Source of the DNA: an uncultured Actinomycetota bacterium | GTDB taxonomy: Bacteria > Actinomycetota > Actinomycetes > Propionibacteriales > Nocardioidaceae | DNA: 64,000 bases | Assembly (NCBI GenBank): GCA_963778095.1 | Contig: CAVZTB010000009.1 | Location: forward strand, 56,327-120,326 | Direction: 5' to 3' | Shown here: in pieces, positions 22,302-35,182 of the stretch | Layout of the letters: the number at the start of each line of letters is the position of its first letter | Position numbering within the stretch: position 1 is the stretch's first letter | Made by a program: the position numbers and the translations under genes | Notes under the pieces: generated by a model | What the model saw: the letters and a program-made list of their open reading frames with translations, nothing else | What the model was told of the DNA's origin: nothing | Databases searched by the model: none

Positions 22302-23677
22302 ATGACGAAGACTCCTGACGAGATCCGCGCGGCCGTGCGCGCCGTGATGCCGTCCGTGCGCGCCGACCTCGAGGCGCTGGTCCGGATCCCGTCGGTCAGC
22401 GCCGACCCGGCCCGCGCCGACGACGTACGACGGTCCGCGGACGCGACCGCGGAGCTGTTCCGGGCCGAGGGCTTCGACGACGTGCAGATCCTGACCGCCG
22501 CCGGGCGGCGCCCCCGCCGTGGTCGCCCGCCGGCCCGCGCCCGAGGGGGCGCCGACCGTGCTGCTCTACGCCCACCACGACGTGCAGCCGGTCGGCGACC
22601 CGGCCGACTGGGACAGCGAGCCGTTCGAGCCGACCGAGCGCGGCGACCGGCTCTACGGCCGCGGCGCCGCCGACGACAAGGCCGGCATCGCCGCGCACCT
22701 GGCCGCGATCCGCGCGCACGGCGACGACCTGCCGGTCGGCGTGACCGTGCTGGTCGAGGGCGAGGAGGAGGTCGGCTCGCCGACGCTCGAGGCGTTCCTC
22801 GACGAGCACCAGGACCTGCTCGCCGCCGACGTGATCGTGATCGCCGACTCCGGCAACTGGGACATCGGCGAGCCCGCCCTGACCACCAGCCTGCGCGGCC
22901 TGGTCGACTGCTTCGTCGAGGTCCGCACCCTCGACCACGGCGTGCACTCCGGCATGTGGGGCGGCGTCGTCCCCGACGCGGTCACCGCGATGGTCCGGCT
23001 GCTCGCGACCCTGCACGACGACGAGGGCAACGTGGCGGTCGAGGGCCTGCACGCCGGGCCCGGCCGCCGACGTGGACTACCCGATGGACCGGATCCGGGC
23101 CGAGTCCGGCATCGCCGACGGGCGTCCAGCTGATCGGCAGCGGCTCGGTCGTCGAGCGGCTCTGGACCAAGCCCGCGATCGCCATCATCGGCTTCGACGC
23201 GACCCGCACCGCCGACGCGAGCAACACCCTGATCCCGACGCGTCAAGGCCAAGCTCTCGGTCCGGCTCGCCCCCGGCGACTCCTCCAAGCAGGCCATGGA
23301 CGCGGCTGCGCGAGCACCTCGAGAAGCACGTCCCGTGGGGCGCCCAGCTCACCTTCACCGCCGGCGAGCTCGGCGAGCCCACCCAGATCGACGCCACCGG
23401 ACCGGCGTACGACGCGGCGCGGGCCGCCTTCCGCGACGCCTGGGACGGCGTCGAGCCGGTCGACATGGGCGTCGGCGGCTCGATCCCGTTCATCGCGGCG
23501 TTCAACGAGGCGTTCCCCGACGCCGCCGTGCTCGTCACCGGCGTCGAGGACCCGGACACCCGGGCCCACGGCGCCAACGAGGGCCTGCACCTCGCCGAGT
23601 TCGAGCGGGTCTGCCTCGCCGAGGCGCTGCTGCTGCACAACCTCGCCGAGGCCGGGCTCACCCCCGCCGCTCGGTGA
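22302..23677 (+). CDS. M20 family dipeptidase, frameshifted
   Basis: LYAHHDVQP, YGRGAADDKAG, EGEEEVGS, HSGMWGG, GGSIP, AHGANE. Confidence 0.92.
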
Positions 23678-23737
23678 CGCCGGACGCCGCGTGGACTGAT
23701 TCGTCGGGGGCGCGGGACCGGCCGTAGACTCGGGCGC

Positions 23738-25332
<1,595 letters not shown>

Positions 25333-25355
25333 TCGACCCCGAAGGCAGGAGCCCC

Positions 25356-26463
25356 ATGACCGAGCAGCAGCCGCCGCCGGCGCGACGTACGAAGCGGCCG
25401 GGGTCTCCATCGACGCCGGCGACAAGGCCGTCGAGCTGATGAAGGTGTGGATCGACAAGGCCCGCCGGCCCGAGATGATGGGCGGCATCGGCGGCTTCGC
25501 CGGGCTGTTCGACGCCAGCGCGCTCAAGTCCTTCGACCACCCGATGCTGGCGACGTCGCGCCGACGGCGTCGGCACCAAGGTCGCGATCGCGCAGGCGAT
25601 GGACATCCACCACACGATCGGCTTCGACCTCGTCGGGATGCTCGTCGACGACCTCGTGGTCTGCGGCGCCGAGCCGCTGTTCCTCACCGACTACATCGCC
25701 ACCGGCCGGGTCGTCCCCGAGCGGATCGCCGCGATCGTGCAGGGCATCGCCGAGGCGTGCGTCCAGGCCGGCTGCGCGCTGGTCGGCGGCGAGACCGCCG
25801 AGCACCCCGGGCCTGCTCGGCCCCGACGAGTACGACGTCGCGGGCTCGACCACCGGCGTCGTCGAGGCGGCCGACCTGCTCGGCCCCGGCCGGGTCGAGG
25901 CCGGCGACGTCGTCGTCGCGATGGCGTCGAGCGGGCTGCACTCCAACGGCTACTCGCTGGTGCGCCACGTGCTGCTCTCCGAGGCGCGGCGCCGGCTGGT
26001 CCCTCGACCGGCACGTCGACGAGCTCGGCCGCACGCTCGGCGAGGAGCTGCTCGAGCCGACCACGGTCTACGCCAAGGCCTGCCTGGACCTGGCCCGGAG
26101 CACCGCGACCCACGCGATGTCGCACGTCACCGGGGGCGGCCTGGCCGCGAACCTCGAGCGGGTGCTGCCCGACGACCTGGTCGCCACCGCTCGACCGCGG
26201 CACCTGGACCCCGGCGCCGGTCTTCGACCTGGTCCGCCGGGTCGGCGTCGGTGGAGCAGGCGGCGCTGGAGCGGACCCTCAACTGCGGGGTCGGGATGGT
26301 CGCGCTCACCGCGCCCGACGACGTCGACCGGGCGCGTCGAGCCTGCTCGCCGGCGCACGGGGTGCGACAGCTGGGTGTGCGGCGAGGTCGGCGAGGCCAC
26401 CGAGCGGCCGGGCGCGGCCGGGCGGCTCGGTCACGCTGCGAGGGCAGCCACCCGGGCTGGTGA
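25356..26463 (+). CDS. purM: Phosphoribosylformylglycinamidine cyclo-ligase (AIR synthase), frameshifted
   Basis: [61 protein letters not shown]. Confidence 0.96.
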
Positions 26464-26552
26464 GGGCCCCGACCGGGGCGTGCGATTAAGCCGACAGCCG
26501 ACATCGTGCCCATTTCCGGGGTCTGACGTGCGGGAATCGACCCCGGGGCAGG

Positions 26553-26681
26553 TACCGTTGGGCCCACGAGAAACTACAGGTGAGACCGGACGCGCGTGTG
26601 GCTCGGTCGCGGCTTCGTGAGACGAACCGCCGACAGCAGGGTCAGACGTGACTCCGGCCGAGTGGCGAGGGGGTCGACCCT
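26553..26681 (+). promoter_or_regulatory. Putative promoter (-10 TACCGT) and structured 5' leader of the DUF3073 gene
   Basis: TACCGT at 26553-26558. Stems pair 26601-26609/26655-26663, 26610-26618/26622-26629 and 26639-26644/26649-26654. Confidence 0.45.
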
Positions 26682-26880
26682 ATGGGGCGCGGCCGAGCGA
26701 AGGCGAAGCAGACGAAGGTTGCCCGCGATCTGAAGTACCGCTCTCACGAGACGGACCTCAGCGCGCTGGCCCAGGAGCTGCACGGCAGAGAGCCGAAGAC
26801 GTCCGACACCGCCGGACGACGGCTCTCCGGACGACCACGACGAGTGGGCGGACTACTCCGAGTCCCGCAGTCGCGACTGA
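26682..26880 (+). CDS. DUF3073 family protein (Rv0810c-like)
   Basis: MGRGRAKAKQTKVARDLKY...DL..L..EL plus an acidic tail, in its usual position next to purM. Confidence 0.92.
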
Positions 26881-26917
26881 GCAGTCACCCTCCCCGGTTC
26901 CGACCGGCGGCACCGTC

Positions 26918-26960
26918 AAGGCGTCCCGTCCCGCGATCTGGTCGCGGGACGGGACGCCTT
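26918..26960. terminator. Perfect 19-bp hairpin between convergent genes (likely bidirectional terminator)
   Basis: AAGGCGTCCCGTCCCGCGA-TCTGG-TCGCGGGACGGGACGCCTT. Confidence 0.8.
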
Positions 26961-26986
26961 GCGGCGGGGCCTCGAGCCCCGGTGCG

Positions 26987-28099
26987 TCAGCCGCAGCCAG
27001 ATGCCGCGCAGCCGGCCGACCTCGGTCATCCGGCGCTCGGCCATCCGGTCGGCGGCGACCGCCGGCGGCACGCCCGTCGGCCTCGGCGAGCTCGAACACC
27101 TCGGGCGGTGGTGTCGAAGATCTTCTCGGCGCGCTGCTGGGCGCGCTCGAAGGAGAAGCCCTCGAGCTCGTCGGCGACCTGGATCAGGCCGCCGGCGTTG
27201 ACCACGTAGTCGGGCGCGTAGAGCACGCCCGCGGTCCTGCGAGCTGCTTCTCGATGCCGTCGTGGGCGAGCTGGTTGTTGGCGGCGCCGCAGACGATCGT
27301 GGCGCGACAGCGGCTCGACGACCTCGTCGGTGAGCGCGCCGCCGAGGGCGCACGGGGCGTAGACGTCGAGCTCGGAGGCGACCAGCGCGTCGGTGTCGGC
27401 GACGGCGCGTGACGCCGGGGTGCTCGGCCTGCACCGCGGCGACCGCGGCCTGGGCCACGTCGGTGACGACGACGTCGCGCCGTCCTCGACGAGGTGCCGG
27501 ACCAGGTGCCGGCCGACCTTGCCGACGCCGGCGACGCCGACCGTGCGGCCGTGCAGCGTGGGCGCGCCCCAGGTCGCGCTCGGCCGCGGCGCGCATGCCC
27601 TGGAAGACGCCGTACGCCGTGAGCACCGAGGAGTCGCCGGCGCCGCCGTGCGCGACGGTGCGGCCGGTGACGTAGGAGCACTCGCGGGCGATGTGGTCCA
27701 TGTCGGCGCTGTACGTGCCGACGTCGCAGGCGGTGTAGTAGCGGCCGTTGAGCGACTCGCACGAAGCGGCCGTAGGCGCGCAGCAGCGCCTCGGTCTTCG
27801 AGCTCGGCCGGGTCGCCGATGATGACGGCCTTGCCGCCGCCGAGGTCGAGCCCGGTGAGCGCGGCCTTGTAGGCCATCCCGCGGGACAGGTTGAGCACGT
27901 CGTCGAGGGCGTCCTGCTCGGAGGCGTAGGGGTAGAAGCGGGTGCCGCCGAGGGCCGGACCGAGGGCGGTGGAGTAGATCGGCGATGATCGCCTTGAGCC
28001 CGGTCGGCTCGTCGTGGCAGAAGACGACCTGCTCGTGGCCGGAGGCCCGGTCCGAAGACGCCCTCCGCGTGCGGGGTGGACCTGTGCTGTGCCGGTCAC
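26987..28099 (-). CDS. Glu/Leu/Phe/Val dehydrogenase (valine/leucine dehydrogenase type), frameshifted
   Basis: [64 protein letters not shown]. Confidence 0.92.
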
Positions 28100-28433
28100 G
28101 GTGGTGACCCTTCCGTGTCGTGCCCGCGGGATGGGCGGGCGGCTCGTCGGTGGTGGACGCGGGTCCGCGGGGGTGGTGCGGACGCGCTGGGACCAGCCTA
28201 CGGAAGCCGGAGGGGTGGTGCGACCGGGGTCACAGACTGGCAGGACGCGGGTCCGACGGATTGGGACAGTCGGGGGTCCGAAATGACTAGTCCGGCGGGA
28301 GTTGGTGACTCAAATAGGTCATTGTCATAGTTTCGAGGGCGCCGAATACGCTGATCGGTGTCACACTGAGGGTGAAGGGTGCCCGGTATTTTCGGAGCAC
28401 CACGGTTAGGAACAACTGTGAGGGAGGCCCGCT

Positions 28434-28649
28434 ATGAATACGCGGCCACCTGAGTCCGAACCGCTGCTCACGCCTGCGGAGGTCGCGGCCATGTTCCGGG
28501 TAGACCCGAAGACGGTCACCCGGTGGGCCAAGGCCGGCAAGCTGAGCTCGATCCGGACTCTCGGCGGACATCGCCGTTATCGCGAGTCCGAAGTACGCGA
28601 CCTGCTGACCGGGATGGTCCCCGAGCAGCGGCGCGGCGACGAGGACTGA
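28434..28649 (+). CDS. bldC: BldC family MerR-like transcriptional regulator
   Basis: LLTPAEVAAMFRVDPKTVTRWAKAGKLSSIRTLGGHRRYRESEV, with a GGGAGG RBS. Confidence 0.95.
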   Translation: MNTRPPESEPLLTPAEVAAMFRVDPKTVTRWAKAGKLSSIRTLGGHRRYRESEVRDLLTGMVPEQRRGDED

Positions 28650-28801
28650 CTCTCCCAGGTCAGTTGGACGTCGTTCCACAAGCTTTTGGCCGGTCTGTTG
28701 GCCGGTTCACGGCCGCTGGCGAGGGGAACGGGCAAAGGCCTTGGAGACGGCCCCCGCAGCCGTGACGCTCGGGGGCTGTTCTCACGTCCGGACGTCGGCG
28801 C

Positions 28802-31351
28802 TCAGCGCAGCGCGCGGACGTAGCCGGCCAGGTGCCGGGCGTCGGTGAGCCGGCGCTCCCAGGTCGCGCCGACGGCGATCAGCACGGCCCCGGCTCCGCC
28901 GATCAGCACCCAGCGCGGCACCGCGTCGCCGACGTACGGCGCCGCGAGCCGCAGCACGAGCAGCGCGCCGACCGTCGCGCCGCAGGGCCAGCGGCGCGGT
29001 CCAGCGCAGCCGCAGCGCCGGCCAGCACCAGCGCGAGGCAGCCCAGGCCGAGCAGCAGCGCGCGCGGGCCGGTCGGGCTCGACGAGCACCCACAGCAGGC
29101 TCGGGACCAGGGCCAGCGAGAGCCCGGGCGCGAGGGCGGTCATCGTGCCGGCGTCCGGGCGCGCGGCGCAGGTGCACGCCGCCGACCACCAGCAGGGCCA
29201 GCGCCGACGGGCAGCGTGTACGCCTCCGGGCTGGTGCACGCCGAGGTCCGCACAGCCGCACCCAGCTGGCCAGCGCCAGCAGCGCGCCGCCGACCCAGCC
29301 CAGCGCGCGCCGGTCGTCGCGCAGCAGGGACATCGCGGTCACCAGCGACGCCGGCGACGGTCAGGCAGCACCGCGGTCCACGACGCCGTCGTCCGAGACG
29401 GGCGGCGAGGAGCACCCCGGCCAGCGCCCAGCGGCAGCGCGGCCGCGGCGGCGCCGGCCTCCAGCCCGGTGCGGCACAGCACCGGGGCGTCCGAGACCCA
29501 CCAGCGGTCCGGCAGCGTACGGCGCCCCGAGGACCAGCGCACCGAGGGCCAGCAGCCCGGCCGTCGCGACCCAGGCGCCGGGTCGGCGTCCAGGAGGTGC
29601 CCGGCGGTCCAGACCTCGGCGGCCAGCGCCGCGGCCAGCACCGCACCGGCGCCGGCCGCGAGCATGACCGAGCGGGCGGTCAGGTGCACCAGCCCGGTGA
29701 GCACCAGGGTCACCGCGAGGGCGACCGCGGTCAGCGCCGGCCGCGTGCAGCGCGACCACGACGGCCGCGGACGCCAGGAACAGGCCGGCCGGCACCAGCG
29801 GCGCGAGGGTGCGACCGGCGACGCTCCAGGCGGTGAACGCCGAGGCCAGGACCAGCAGCAGGCCGACGACCAGCCAGAGCGCGACCGGGTACAGCGCCAC
29901 GGCGCCCACCACCGACCCGGCGCCAGCAGGGTGACGCACGACGACCTGGAGCCCGGCGACGGCGCCGACGGCCCGGTCGACGAGCGTGCTGCGCCTCCGC
30001 CAGCACCGCCAGCGTCGCGAGCAGCACGAGCGACCGCCAGCGGCAGCAGCCAGGGCGGCCGGCACGTCGGCCACGGTCGGCAGCGGCAGCCGGTCGGTCA
30101 GCCCGCCGGACCACACCGGGACCAGCCCCGTCGAGCAGCCGGCCGGCGGCGAGCGAGGCCTGCACGCCGGACGCCGGTCGAGCAGCGCCGTCCCGACGAC
30201 CGCCTGGGTGGCCGCGCCGCTCAGCCCCCAGGGTCGCGGCAGCCGCCAGGAGACCGCCCCGACGACCGCCAGCACGCCGAGCCCGACCAGCGACCTGCGT
30301 CGTCGCGGTGGCCCCGTCGAACGGCGCGACGACCGCGCAGACCAGCAGCAGCTCGCCGAGGCTCGCGCCGGTCACCCGGGCGGCCAGGGGGAGCCGGGGC
30401 ACCAGGGCCAGGGCGGCGACCAGGCCGGCGGCGACGAGCAGCGGCCAGACGTGCAGCCCGGCCCACAGCTCGCTGCCACGCGGAGTGCGTGAACACGCGG
30501 TCCAGGGCCACCGACACCAGCGAGACCCAGGCGGCCGCGGCGACCACGGCCGCGAGGACGGTGGCGACGCGCGCCCGGAGCCGGTGCAGCGGCCACGGAC
30601 GGCGCCGGCGGCGAGCAGCGTCGCCAGCACCAGGGACGGTGCGACCGGCAGCCAGGCGGCCAGGCCGACCCCGAGGCACACCAGGCGACACGGCCGGTCC
30701 CAGGCGGCGACGACCTCGCCGGCGGCCAGGGCCCCGTGCCGCGGTCCGTCGTACGGCGGCAGGCCGGCGGTCCCCGCCGCGGCCAGCACGACGCCGAGCA
30801 GCACCAGCAGGCCGGCGTCGGACAGGTCGCCGAACCAGCCGGCGTGGTCGGCGCCGACGACGTCGAGGGTGAGCAGCCCGTAGCCGACCAGCGCGAGCGA
30901 CTCGGCCGCACCCCGCAGGCCGCGCCGGGCCATCCAGGCCGCCAGCCCGCCGGCGACGACCGTGAAGCCCGACCAGCGTGGCGGTCCGACCGCCGACGCC
31001 CATCACCGACCAGGTGACCGCGAGGAACACCAGCGCGGCGACCAGCAGGCAGCCGGCGCCCGAGGGCGAGCAGGATCTGCGGCACCGAGGCCGAGCTGAG
31101 CCGGGCCCGCGGGTCGGTGGGCCGGCGTCGCGGGCGCGGGCACGGCAGTCGACGGCGGCCATCGGTACGGCGCGCGGCGTCGACGCGCGCCGCAGCACGG
31201 CCAGCAGGTCGTCGGCCCGGGTCAGCGTCGTGAACAGGTCGCGCGCGGTGTCGCCGCGCAGCGAGAGCGCGCAGACGGGGCAGGACGCGGCGCCCGGGGT
31301 GATCGAGGCGCCGCAGTCGGGGCAGCGGGTCGGGTCGGCGTAGCGGGTCAT
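28802..31351 (-). CDS. Large polytopic membrane protein with an N-terminal zinc ribbon (SCO7613-type), heavily frameshifted
   Basis: CPDCG..CPVC, SVPQILLALGAGCLLVAALVFLAVTW, GAAESL; C-terminal PEAYTLP, PGLSLALVPSL and PRWVLIGGAG..L..VGATWERR. Confidence 0.8.
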
Positions 31352-31402
31352 GCACCCATCAACCCACCGGGGCGGTCCCGGGCATCAGCGCCGAAGGGCT
31401 CA

Positions 31403-31434
31403 GCCCGCCCTGAGTACGCGCACTCAGGGCGGGC
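31403..31434. terminator. 13-bp perfect inverted repeat (terminator of the SGNH gene and/or an operator)
   Basis: GCCCGCCCTGAGT-ACGCGC-ACTCAGGGCGGGC, 10 nt past the SGNH stop. Confidence 0.6.
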
Positions 31435-31444
31435 GACCGTCCGG

Positions 31445-32675
31445 CTACCGCAGGGTCATCCGGGGCTCGCCGTTCACGCAGCCCCGTCCCGCGATCGAGC
31501 AGGTGCCGCCGCGCGGCGTACCGCCGTTGTAGGCCTGCCGGACGCAGGACCGGGTCGCCAGCTGCGCCCAGTAGTTCGGGTGCAGCGACTCCTGGACGTA
31601 GTACGGGCTGCTGCCCGGCGGTCGAGACGGTGCGGATCTGGTTGACCCACTCGGTCCGGTCGACGGCGCCGGCCTGCGTCCAGGACGTCAGGCCCTTCTC
31701 CTCGTAGAGCCCGACCGTGCTCTCGCACAGCCGGCGCCCGTTGAAGGCCGAGGACAGGTCGAGCGTCTTGGCGTTGGTGATGCCCGGCGGTGCCGACCGC
31801 GCCGGTGACGGTGCTGTTGATCGTCGGCAGCGCGGTGGCGTTGGCCCAGTCGGCGTCGGCGTTCCAGAAGCCGCAGCCGCCGGTGCTCTGCCGGGTGTAG
31901 CCGCTCTGCGAGTAGCGGATCGCCGGCGCCGGCGGGCAGCGGCGACGCGTAGTTCTGCACCAGCATCGTCCAGGCCGTGTCGGCGTAGCCGGCGTTGCGC
32001 ATCGCCTGCCGGACGTTGGCGTAGGCCGTGGCGATCCGGCTGCGGACCGCCGCGACGTTGGCGGCTGGTGAAGTTCGCGGTGACCGAGGAGTCGTCGTTG
32101 CAGTAGTCCTTGAACCACGACGGCGAGCCCAGGAAGTCGGTCACGCACTGCTGCACGATCGACCCGAAGTTGAAGTCGTTGCCGCCGATCGAGACGGCCA
32201 CCATCCGCACGTTGTGGGTGGTCGCGAACTGCTGGAGCAGCTTGGCCTGGCCGAGGTGGCCGGCGCCGTCGTCGGCGAAGTCGAGGCCGGGCTTGAAGTA
32301 GCCCTCGGAGGTCGTGTACGTCGACGTCTTCGCCCCCGAGCACGCGAGGTTCAGGCCGTTGACGCCCCCGCCGACGTACGATCTCGGCGGCCTTGCTGCG
32401 GTGGCAGCGGTTGATCTGCTCGGCGGTGCCCGAGGCGTTGTCGAGTACGCCGCGGCGCCGAGCGCGTCGGCGTACGACGAGGAGCTGTTCGAGCTGCCGG
32501 CCCAGCGACCGGCCTCGCCGGAGATGTAGGAGTCGCCGACGCTGACCAGCCACGGCGCACCGGCGCCGGGGCCGTCGGCCTGGGCGGCCGGGGCGGTGGC
32601 GACGAGCAGGGACGCCAGGGCGGCGAGCACCGTGACCAGGACGGGGACAGCTGACTTGCGGGGTGGCACGCGCAC
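31445..32675 (-). CDS. Secreted SGNH/GDSL hydrolase, frameshifted
   Basis: Signal peptide ending AAQA, VSVGDSYISGE, CHRS, NLACSGA, SIGGND, QESLHPNY. Confidence 0.88.
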
Positions 32676-32838
32676 GCGTGGCTCCTTCGACGGCTCGGCC
32701 CCCCGGCAGTCGCTCGGCTGACCGTAGCGGTCCCGTGACCCGATGGGAAGAGCCATCCACCCGCGACCTGGGTACCGTGGAGGAGCCAGGCTGTTCCGGA
32801 CCCCGACGGCGTCACGTCTCCAGGTTCGGAGCGTCATC

Positions 32839-33881
32839 GTGTCCCTCGCCGACCCGCCCACCCCGTCCATGCATCCCGGCGGGTACGCCGAGCTGGCCAC
32901 CGAGATCCGCTCGCTCGGGCTGCTCCGCCCGCGGCCGCGCTTCTACGCCGGCCTCCTGGCCGTCGACCTCACGGCGCTGGCCGCGACGGTCGCCGGGATG
33001 GTGGTGCTGCGCGACTCGTGGTGGGCGGTGCTGCTCGCGCCGGTCCTGGCCGTCGTCTCCACCCAGCTCGGCTTCTTCGGCCACGAGGCCGGGCACCGGC
33101 AGGTCACCCGACGCCGGCGGCTGCCGACCCTGGCGCTCGGGCTGCTCTGCGGCAACCTGCTCAACGGGATGAGCTGGTCCTGGTGGATCGACAAGCACAA
33201 CGCGCACCACGCCCGGCCCAACGACCTCGCCACGGACCCGGACGTGCACGCGGGCGCGTTGGTGTTCGACGCCGGCCAGGCGGCCGGCCGTCGCGGGCTC
33301 GCCGGGTGGACGACCCGCCACCAGGCCTGGCTGTTCTTCCCGTTCCTGACCCTCGAGGCGGTCAACCTGCACGTGTCGAGCGTGCGGGCGCTGGGCCGCC
33401 CCGGCGCCACGGCACCGGGTCGTCGAGGGCGTCCTGCTGCTCGTGCACTTCGTGGCGTACGGCGTCCTGCTGGTCGCCACGCTGACCTGGCAGCAGGCGC
33501 TGGTGTTCGTGGCGGTGCACCAGGCCGTGTTCGGCATCTACCTCGGCTGCTCGTTCGCGCCGGGCCACAAGGGGATGCCGGTGCTGACCGCCGGAGCAGG
33601 CCGAGGACCCGCTGCTGCGACAGGTGCTCACCTCGCGCAACGTGCGCGGCGGGCTGCTGGTCGACTACGCGCTCGGCGGGCTCAACTACCAGATCGAGCA
33701 CCACCTGTTCCCGAGCATGCCGCGGCCCAACCTGCCGCACGCGCAACGGGTGGTGCGCCGGTTCTGCGAGCGGCGCGGGGTGCGCTACGCGGAGACGTCG
33801 GCCTGGTCGTCGTACGCCGCGGTGCTCCGGCACCTCGACGGGGTCGGCGCCGAGCTGCGCTCGACGCGGCACGCGGCCTGA
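32839..33881 (+). CDS. Membrane fatty-acid (acyl-CoA) desaturase, frameshifted
   Basis: His boxes HEAGH, HNAHH and QIEHHLFP, plus FAPGHKGM. Confidence 0.9.
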
Positions 33882-33886
33882 GGGCC

Positions 33887-35084
33887 TCAGCGGACCGTGA
33901 CCGGGTGGTCGACCACGGCACCGAACAGGTAGCCGTCGCGGTTGAACGGCACGGTGTCGGGCTGGGCGTGGCCGTGGTCGTCGGTGGCGCGCACCCGCAG
34001 CGTGTGGCTGCCCGGGCTTGGCGACCCAGGAGGTCGACCACTGCCGCCAGGCCGCCGGCTCGTTGCGGGCGGCGAGGTCGACCGGGCGCCAGGCGCCGCC
34101 GTCGACGCTGAGCTCGACGCGCGAGATGCGGCCCGTCCCGGACCAGGAGCGGCCGGTGAGCAGCTGCCGCCCGGGACGCAGCCGTCGCGGGGAACGGCAG
34201 CTCGAGGGCGCTCTTGACGACCTGGGTCGTGAGCAGCGGCGAGTCCGGGTAGGCGTCGCCGACCAGCCGGTAGCTGGTGGTGTTCCACTCGGAGTAGAGC
34301 GGCTCCTCGGAGACCTCGATCGACCCCACCCACTTGATGTTCGCGACCCCGATCCACCCCGGCACGAGCACGCGCACGGGAGCGCCGTGGTCGGGCGGCA
34401 GGTCGCTGCCGTTCATGCCGTAGACCAGCAGCGTGTCGTCGGCGAGCGCACTGCTCCAGCGGCATCGGGCGGCGGACCTGGCGGCTGTCGAGCCCGACCG
34501 GCATCACGTCCAGCGGCGCCGGGGGTGACGCCGGCGCGGTCGAGCACGTCGGCCAGGCGGACGCCGGTCCAGCGGGCGACGCCCGACGGCGCCGAGGCCC
34601 CAGGCCGTGCCGGGCGCGGGGGTGTGCTGCTGGCTGCCGAAGAAGCTGCGGGCGTTGCCGGCGCACTCGACGAAACGGGTGAGCGTCACCGCGGGGAGGG
34701 CGAGCAGGTCGTCGTACGACACGGAGAGCTCGCGCCGGACGCCGGAGCCGTGCACCTGGAGCCGCCAGGTCGCGCGGTCGATGATCGGGGTCGTGGTGTG
34801 GTTGCGCACGAAGAACCGGTCGGTCGGGGTGACGTAGCCCTGGCCGCGCATCGCCTCCCAGCGCATCTCGGCGTTGGTGCCGCGCTCGATGAACAGGTCT
34901 CCGGCGTCGGCTTGACGATGCCCGGGACCGCGGACCAGGCGCGCGAGGCCACGGCCGGCCCGAGGGTCATGGCCGCGAGGGATGCGCCGCCGAGCTGCAG
35001 CAGCCGCCGGCGGGAGAGGGCGTGGCCGGCCCGGTCCCGGCTGTCGGCGTCGTACTCGTGCTCGCTGCTCAGTCCCCGCTGCAT
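33887..35084 (-). CDS. Sulfite-oxidase-family molybdopterin oxidoreductase with a Tat-type signal, frameshifted
   Basis: SRRRLL signal, FFVRNH, ECAGN (Mo-ligand Cys), MNG..LPPDHGAPVR..VPGWIG..NIKW, and a C-terminal Ig-like domain. Confidence 0.88.
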
Positions 35085-35182
35085 GGCCGCTCCTCGTGTC
35101 CTGTAAGTCAGTCAAATCACTATAGTTCAGAGCGACGAGCAATCCCTTTACTTTGGGCATCCAGGCACGTAGAAAAGGGCAG

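Noticed and set aside
32769-32776. GGGTAC upstream of the first desaturase as a sigmaB-type promoter
   Set aside because: There is no matching -35 element at 15-17 nt, and the overlapping TACCGT could equally be a housekeeping -10.
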